This document shows, piece after piece, positions 59,079 to 64,000 of a stretch of DNA of 64,000 bases. The position numbers were made by a program, and so were the translations under genes. The stretch comes from Leptonemataceae bacterium (GTDB taxonomy: Bacteria > Spirochaetota > Leptospiria > Leptospirales > Leptonemataceae). Location of the stretch: contig OZ245742.1 of assembly GCA_965227295.1 (NCBI GenBank), positions 3,040,001 to 3,104,000 on the forward strand, read 5' to 3'. Every line of letters begins with the position of its first letter. Position 1 is the stretch's first letter. The notes beneath the pieces were generated by a model. It ran no database searches and was not told where the DNA came from. It worked only from the letters and a program-made list of their open reading frames with translations.

Positions 59079-60215
59079 ATGAATGATCGTAAGTATTACC
59101 TGGATTGGCTTAAAGTACTGTTCGTACTTGTGCTGGTGACGGCCCACGCGGCGCGGGTGTTCGACCATTTGCCGTTTTATCTGAAGCAGGGCGAGTACCT
59201 CGCGGCGGAGCTGTACATCCGCTTTCTCGACGCCTGGTTCATGCCGCTGTTCTTCGTGATCTCGGGCATGGCGGCGGCCTTTTCCATTCAACGCCGCGGC
59301 TTCGCGGCCTTTCGGGCCGAACGCGCAAAACGTCTCCTGGTGCCGCTGGTTTTCGGTATCGTGACGCTGCTGCCACTGGTCGGCTACGTCGCGTATACGA
59401 ATCAACACGGGAATGAACCGATCGGTTTCTTAGAGTACTATCCGCGTTTCTTTGTACCGGACCCCGCGAGTCTCGAAGGTTACACCGGACATCTGACGCC
59501 GTCGCATCTGTGGTTTCTGCTCTATCTTTTCATCTATGCCGTGGTGAGCGGCCCGATCTTGCGCATGTTCGCGGCGAATCGACTGTCCGGCCTGGCGAAA
59601 CGCAGGCCGCTCCTGTTTGGGTTGCTCTGCATTCTAATTGCAAAGCTTACGCTGCTGCCGTATCCGAATCCCGTCTACTTTCTCGCGTACTTCTGGATTG
59701 GTTGTGCCCTGGGTACGGCGCAGGCGGACTTTGACGTCTTTCGTAGCCTGCGTGAACGCCCGGTACTGATTGTGTCGATTGCCGTGGTGACGATGGCGTT
59801 GCTCCTCGGCGTGCGGGCGTATTATCTGCCGGACAACGGCCCCGGGTGGGTCTACTTCGCCATGCAGCCGGTCTACGTAACGACGGCGTTTCTCTGGGTG
59901 CTGATCATCATGCACTACGGCAGCAAGATCTTCACGCAATCGAGCGCGCTGCTCCGTTACTTAAGCGAGGCTTCGTTGTTCGTGTATGTGGCGCACATGG
60001 CGTTTGTGATCTGGATCGGTTGGTATGTGATCGATCGTTTTGCTCCGCCGGTGGCATTTGTGATGATGACGGTCGGTACGTATGCCGGTTTGTTCATCGT
60101 ATACGAGTTGCTGGTGAAGCGCGTTCCGCTGTTGCGTCTTGCCTTCGGTCTGGGCGAAAGGACATTCCCTGTACTCCAAAATAAAAGAGGTGATTATGTT
60201 TCAAGAACGCTCTAA
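59079..60215 (+). CDS. Acyltransferase-3 family membrane protein
   Basis: RKYYLDWLK, MPLFFVISG, RAKRLLVP, HLWFL, SLFVYVAH. Confidence 0.9.
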   Translation: MNDRKYYLDWLKVLFVLVLVTAHAARVFDHLPFYLKQGEYLAAELYIRFLDAWFMPLFFVISGMAAAFSIQRRGFAAFRAERAKRLLVPLVFGIVTLLPLVGYVAYTNQHGNEPIGFLEYYPRFFVPDPASLEGYTGHLTPSHLWFLLYLFIYAVVSGPILRMFAANRLSGLAKRRPLLFGLLCILIAKLTLLPYPNPVYFLAYFWIGCALGTAQADFDVFRSLRERPVLIVSIAVVTMALLLGVRAYYLPDNGPGWVYFAMQPVYVTTAFLWVLIIMHYGSKIFTQSSALLRYLSEASLFVYVAHMAFVIWIGWYVIDRFAPPVAFVMMTVGTYAGLFIVYELLVKRVPLLRLAFGLGERTFPVLQNKRGDYVSRTL

Positions 60216-60241
60216 GCTCCTGACCCGGATCCGTTCAGATT

Positions 60242-60460
60242 CTATTTTCCGCGCAACGCCCGGCCCAGAAACCACAACAACAGCACGACCGACGGTGCCA
60301 GTAAGACGGCCCCCGCGACATCGGCATAACCTTCACCGAGCACCGAAATAAAAATCCCCGTGAGCGCGGCAGTTGAAATCAATACCGGCACACCGTAACT
60401 ATCAAGGAAAGAATCTTTGCGGGCTTTGCTCCGCGCGTCGCTCCGGGCTGGTTTCCTCAT
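60242..60460 (-). CDS. Small membrane protein
   Basis: Two TM segments; 4-bp overlap with the PepSY gene. Confidence 0.7.
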   Translation of the reverse strand: MRKPARSDARSKARKDSFLDSYGVPVLISTAALTGIFISVLGEGYADVAGAVLLAPSVVLLLWFLGRALRGK

Positions 60461-61641
60461 GCCGACTCACCGTTCTTCTTGCGTCGTCGCCGTGCAAAGT
60501 ACATCACGTAACCGGTGACCGCGAGCGCGCCGGTCGTAAGCCCCAGGATGCAGTAGAGCACCTTCACCGGCCAACCGCCGAAGTTGCCGAAGTGAAACGG
60601 CTGGGAGATGGCGATCAACTGGATGTACCACGGCAGCACCAGTTCCCGAATCAGCTCTCCGCTGTGACGATCCAGGAGCAGCGGCCGCGGTACGAAGCGC
60701 TTGAGGCCTGCCGGTTCTTCTCCGAGTGTTACGAAGTAATCGTCACCCTGCAGACCGCCGGGAAAGAGCACGGCCGTCAGGACCACGGGCTCCGCTTGTT
60801 CGGCGAAGTGCGCGCGCGAATGCGCGAGGATCGTGTCGACGTCGGCGAGCGTTTCCCCGGTGCTGATCGTTTGTACGGAGGCCGGTGCGGGTGCGCTCGT
60901 TAACTCAAAGTAAACGTAAATTTGCAGCACGAACGTTCCGAGGGTCAGGCAGGCGCCGGTGAAGGCCATGAGTCCCTGAAAGGCCAGGGTGACAACGCCG
61001 ACGAACTTGTGAATGTCCGCGGCGGCGAGGTTGACGGAGCCCGGTCGAATCATACCGAACGCGAGTTGTTTCATGAACGGGCCGTAGAGAATAAAACCGC
61101 TCACCGTCGAAAACAGAAACACCAGGCTGATCAATCCGAGAAAGAGCAGGCCCGCCCGGCCCGCGAAGAGGTCCACGTGCAAATGAAAGAGGATGTGCAG
61201 GAGATCCAGGCCTTCTTCTTCGGCCGGCCGGGCCTCGCCGGTCCACGGATCCACGTAGACGTCCAGGCGTTCCGGCATGGATTTCTCGCGCTCAGCAGCG
61301 GTCGCAAGGGCGGACTCCGTCGGCACGAAGATGATCCGGTGCTGGGCACGTTCCGCGCCGGCGAGGCCGATGGAACTTGCCCGAAACTCCGGATGGGCCG
61401 CGACGTTGTCGGTGACGATGGGTTGCAGGGCCACGACGGGCAACTGCGCGGGATTTTCCAGGCGCCGTGCGTCGGCCCCGGCGGGATGCATGAGGGCCTC
61501 GAGTTCCTCGTGGAAGACCAGGATCGCGCCGGTAAGGCTCAGGATGATGAGATTCACCCCGCTGATCAGCCCGCTCCAGTAATGCCAGCGAAAGAGTGTA
61601 CGTGTGGTTTCGGCTTTCACGATATTGCGACTCAATCTCAC
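60457..61641 (-). CDS. PepSY-associated TM helix protein (iron-regulated membrane protein)
   Basis: WHYWSGL, TGAILVF, VDPWTG, LHVDL, PFHFG; true start may be GTG 61620. Confidence 0.88.
   Translation of the reverse strand: MRLSRNIVKAETTRTLFRWHYWSGLISGVNLIILSLTGAILVFHEELEALMHPAGADARRLENPAQLPVVALQPIVTDNVAAHPEFRASSIGLAGAERAQHRIIFVPTESALATAAEREKSMPERLDVYVDPWTGEARPAEEEGLDLLHILFHLHVDLFAGRAGLLFLGLISLVFLFSTVSGFILYGPFMKQLAFGMIRPGSVNLAAADIHKFVGVVTLAFQGLMAFTGACLTLGTFVLQIYVYFELTSAPAPASVQTISTGETLADVDTILAHSRAHFAEQAEPVVLTAVLFPGGLQGDDYFVTLGEEPAGLKRFVPRPLLLDRHSGELIRELVLPWYIQLIAISQPFHFGNFGGWPVKVLYCILGLTTGALAVTGYVMYFARRRRKKNGESA
61625..61641. promoter_or_regulatory. 17-bp operator-like box
   Basis: TTGCGACTCAATCTCAC, similar to the reverse complement of the 45052 box (TGGAGACTCAATCTCAA). 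Confidence 0.55.
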
Positions 61642-61950
61642 CGATGCGGATCGCCGTCAAGTCCAACGCGCCGCGTTCTGCATTGCCTGTCGCTTCAACG
61701 GACGCGCGCGACACCGTGCACTATCGCTGTCCTCGCTGCGGCGGTCGCCTCTAACGATCACAAGGAATTCGCCCGGCTGAAGTTGTATGATCGGGCCCTG
61801 CAGCGGGAATCCGCGGGCGGGCTAAGTCAATCTGAAGATAAGTTAACCGAAGACCACGTTCCGGAACTGCTGCGCCTGGTTCGCAAGAATCACGCCGGTT
61901 GATCGGCACTTTGTGCTTGCACGCTGCGGCTCCGCGGTCCAAACATAACC

Positions 61951-62232
61951 ATGGCCGAAAACAATTCCCTCGAAGTCCTGCTGGTTCTGGATCTCAAGAA
62001 CGCGACGGAGGAACAGAAGAGTTCTTTTTTCGAAAATCTGAAGCAGAACGATTGGGAGCCCGTCCCCGAAGTGAACGGCGCCTGGTCGGCCTCGTTCGAA
62101 GAAATGAATCGCGAAGACGTCGTCGACGAAGTGGACGGCGACCTGGATGAAGCCGCGGAGGCGTCCGGGGTTGGAAGTTACGCGGCGGCATTGCAGTTCA
62201 GTGAAAACCAGGCCTGGGTCCTCGAGGGATAA
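61951..62232 (+). CDS. Small acidic hypothetical protein
   Basis: 93-aa ORF filling the gap before phoX. Confidence 0.65.
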   Translation: MAENNSLEVLLVLDLKNATEEQKSSFFENLKQNDWEPVPEVNGAWSASFEEMNREDVVDEVDGDLDEAAEASGVGSYAAALQFSENQAWVLEG

Positions 62233-62350
62233 ACGCGTTCGTATAACGCCGCCGTTACGATCCTGCAACGGCTCGACTACAAAAGCGTTGAATCGACGCA
62301 GGCGCGCGAAAAAAGGTTGAGCACCACGGCGGCGACGTTTCGATTCCTGC

Positions 62351-64000
62351 ATGAAGGATCGTCTCTGGTCTCGCAAAGATTTTCTGAAGTTCATGGGCCG
62401 CGGCGCCGCGGCCGTTCCCGCCGCAACCATGTTGGGCGCTTTCATGAACCGTTGCCGGCCCGGTAACGCACCCGCGGGCATCGCTCCCTCGGACAGGGAC
62501 GCTCTGCTTCTCGCGCACGGTCTGAACTACGACATCCTCGTGCGTCACGGCGACATCATTCAAAACGAAGCCGGGCTGCGTTTCGGAATGAACAACGATT
62601 ACCTGGCGTTGCTCCCCGACCGTGACGGCCGCGCCGATCGACTGACGCTCTGGGCGAACCACGAAACACCGGCGGGCATGTTCTACGAACCGACCGGGCG
62701 TTTCATCTGGCGTCCGAAAAACGCCGCCGAGTTCGCGGCGCAGCGCACTGCCGTCGGCGGGAGCTGTCTGACGATCCGCCGGGATACGAAGCGCAAGTGG
62801 CACGTGGAAACGGCGGACCAACGGAACTTTCGCATCGATGCGACGACGATGATTCCGTTTAGCGTGCCCATCGACGGGGCCGAAGTCGCCGAGGGTACGT
62901 TCGGCAATTGCGCGGGGGGCTTAACTCCCTGGGGTACGATCTTAACGTGCGAGGAGAATCACACCTACTACTACGGCGACTCCATGTGGCAGGGCGGGCG
63001 GAACGTGGACCTGTTCGATGCGATCCGAACCGGCGGCTACGCCTGGAATCGTTTTCGTCCGGGAAATCGGCCGAATCACTACGGCTGGGTCGTCGAGGTG
63101 GACCCGCGCACGGGCCGCGCACAGAAACACGTTTCCCTGGGGCGTTGTTTTCACGAATGCGCCACCGTGGCGCAGGCCCGGGACTACGATCAGAGCGGTC
63201 TCGTAGCCGTTTACACCGGCGACGATCGTTACGGCGGCTGCATCTATAAGTTTCTCTCAACGAAAGCTAAGAGCGTGGAGGCGGGGCGGCTCTTCGTCGC
63301 CGTAATGGACGAGTCTCCCCGGGCGGAGGTTGCCGCCGAGGGCAAGAAAATTCGCGGGCGCTGGGTGGAACTGAACGTTCGCGATCCGCGGCTCGCGCGC
63401 TTTCGTTCGCAGACGAACGTCATGATCCACGCCCGCCAGGCCGCGATGGCCGTGGGCGGCACGGAACAGGATCGCCCCGAGGACATCGAAGTCGATCCGC
63501 ATAGCGGAGACGTTTATGTTACGCTCACCTATGATAACAAAAAAGAAATACCGAATTTGTTCGGTTCCATTCTGCGCATCGAAGAAGACGGCGGCGATCC
63601 CTTCGCCGCGGAATTCACAGCGTCCGTCTTCAAAAGCGGCGGGACCGAGAACGGCTTCGCCTGCCCGGACAACCTGGTCTTCGATCCGCGCGGCAATCTG
63701 TGGATGGTCAGCGACATCTCCGAAAAGAGCATGAACAAAGGCGAGTACGCCCCGTTCAAGAACAACGGTTTGTTTTTTATTCCCATGCGCGGAGCCGACG
63801 CCGGCCGGGTGATCCAGGTCGCCAGTGCGCCGGTGGACGCCGAGTTTACAGGGCCGTGTTTTGCGCCGGACGGCCGCACGTTGTTTTTGTCCGTGCAGCA
63901 TCCCGGCCTGCGTTCGACGACGCTCTCCGACATGACGTCTCGCTGGCCCGACGGCGATCGGCCGAAGAGCGCCGTCGTTGCGATTCGCGGTGAGCTGCTG
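62351..64000 (+). CDS. phoX: PhoX family alkaline phosphatase (partial, stop beyond the window)
   Basis: Tat-like SRKDFLK, LWANHE, NCAGGLTPWGTILTCEEN, DRPED, ACPDN, EFTGP, SVQHPG. Frame is consistent at both ends; absent from the ORF track. Confidence 0.9.
   Translation, partial: MKDRLWSRKDFLKFMGRGAAAVPAATMLGAFMNRCRPGNAPAGIAPSDRDALLLAHGLNYDILVRHGDIIQNEAGLRFGMNNDYLALLPDRDGRADRLTLWANHETPAGMFYEPTGRFIWRPKNAAEFAAQRTAVGGSCLTIRRDTKRKWHVETADQRNFRIDATTMIPFSVPIDGAEVAEGTFGNCAGGLTPWGTILTCEENHTYYYGDSMWQGGRNVDLFDAIRTGGYAWNRFRPGNRPNHYGWVVEVDPRTGRAQKHVSLGRCFHECATVAQARDYDQSGLVAVYTGDDRYGGCIYKFLSTKAKSVEAGRLFVAVMDESPRAEVAAEGKKIRGRWVELNVRDPRLARFRSQTNVMIHARQAAMAVGGTEQDRPEDIEVDPHSGDVYVTLTYDNKKEIPNLFGSILRIEEDGGDPFAAEFTASVFKSGGTENGFACPDNLVFDPRGNLWMVSDISEKSMNKGEYAPFKNNGLFFIPMRGADAGRVIQVASAPVDAEFTGPCFAPDGRTLFLSVQHPGLRSTTLSDMTSRWPDGDRPKSAVVAIRGELL

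Overview
GC-rich bacterial chromosomal window. The gene content (spirochaete-style lipoproteins, ECF sigma/FecR/LA_0442-like cluster, MBOAT plus DUF1574-like pair, Rpn proteins) suggests a Leptospiraceae-like spirochaete; this is inferred, not proven. Recognisable loci: metal ABC transporter (znuC/znuB-like), mnmC, MoxR ATPase, a complete cbb3 oxidase operon with maturation genes, TonB/ExbBD with a TonB-dependent receptor, and a rhizobactin/schizokinen-type NIS siderophore cluster with extra tailoring genes. A partial PhoX sits at the right edge and a partial EVE/PUA-like gene at the left edge. Highlights: (1) an AT-rich island with a retron-type reverse transcriptase, a structured upstream ncRNA candidate and a trypsin-like protease that is in frame with the RT behind a single TAA, followed by an Rpn gene; (2) a spaced palindrome TAA-N17-TTA (often TAAS-N15-STTA) found by eye at 28 exact sites across the window, many inside coding regions; (3) siderophore biosynthesis in an apparent leptospire, with a shared 17-bp operator-like box. 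No CRISPR array, rRNA or tRNA was seen.
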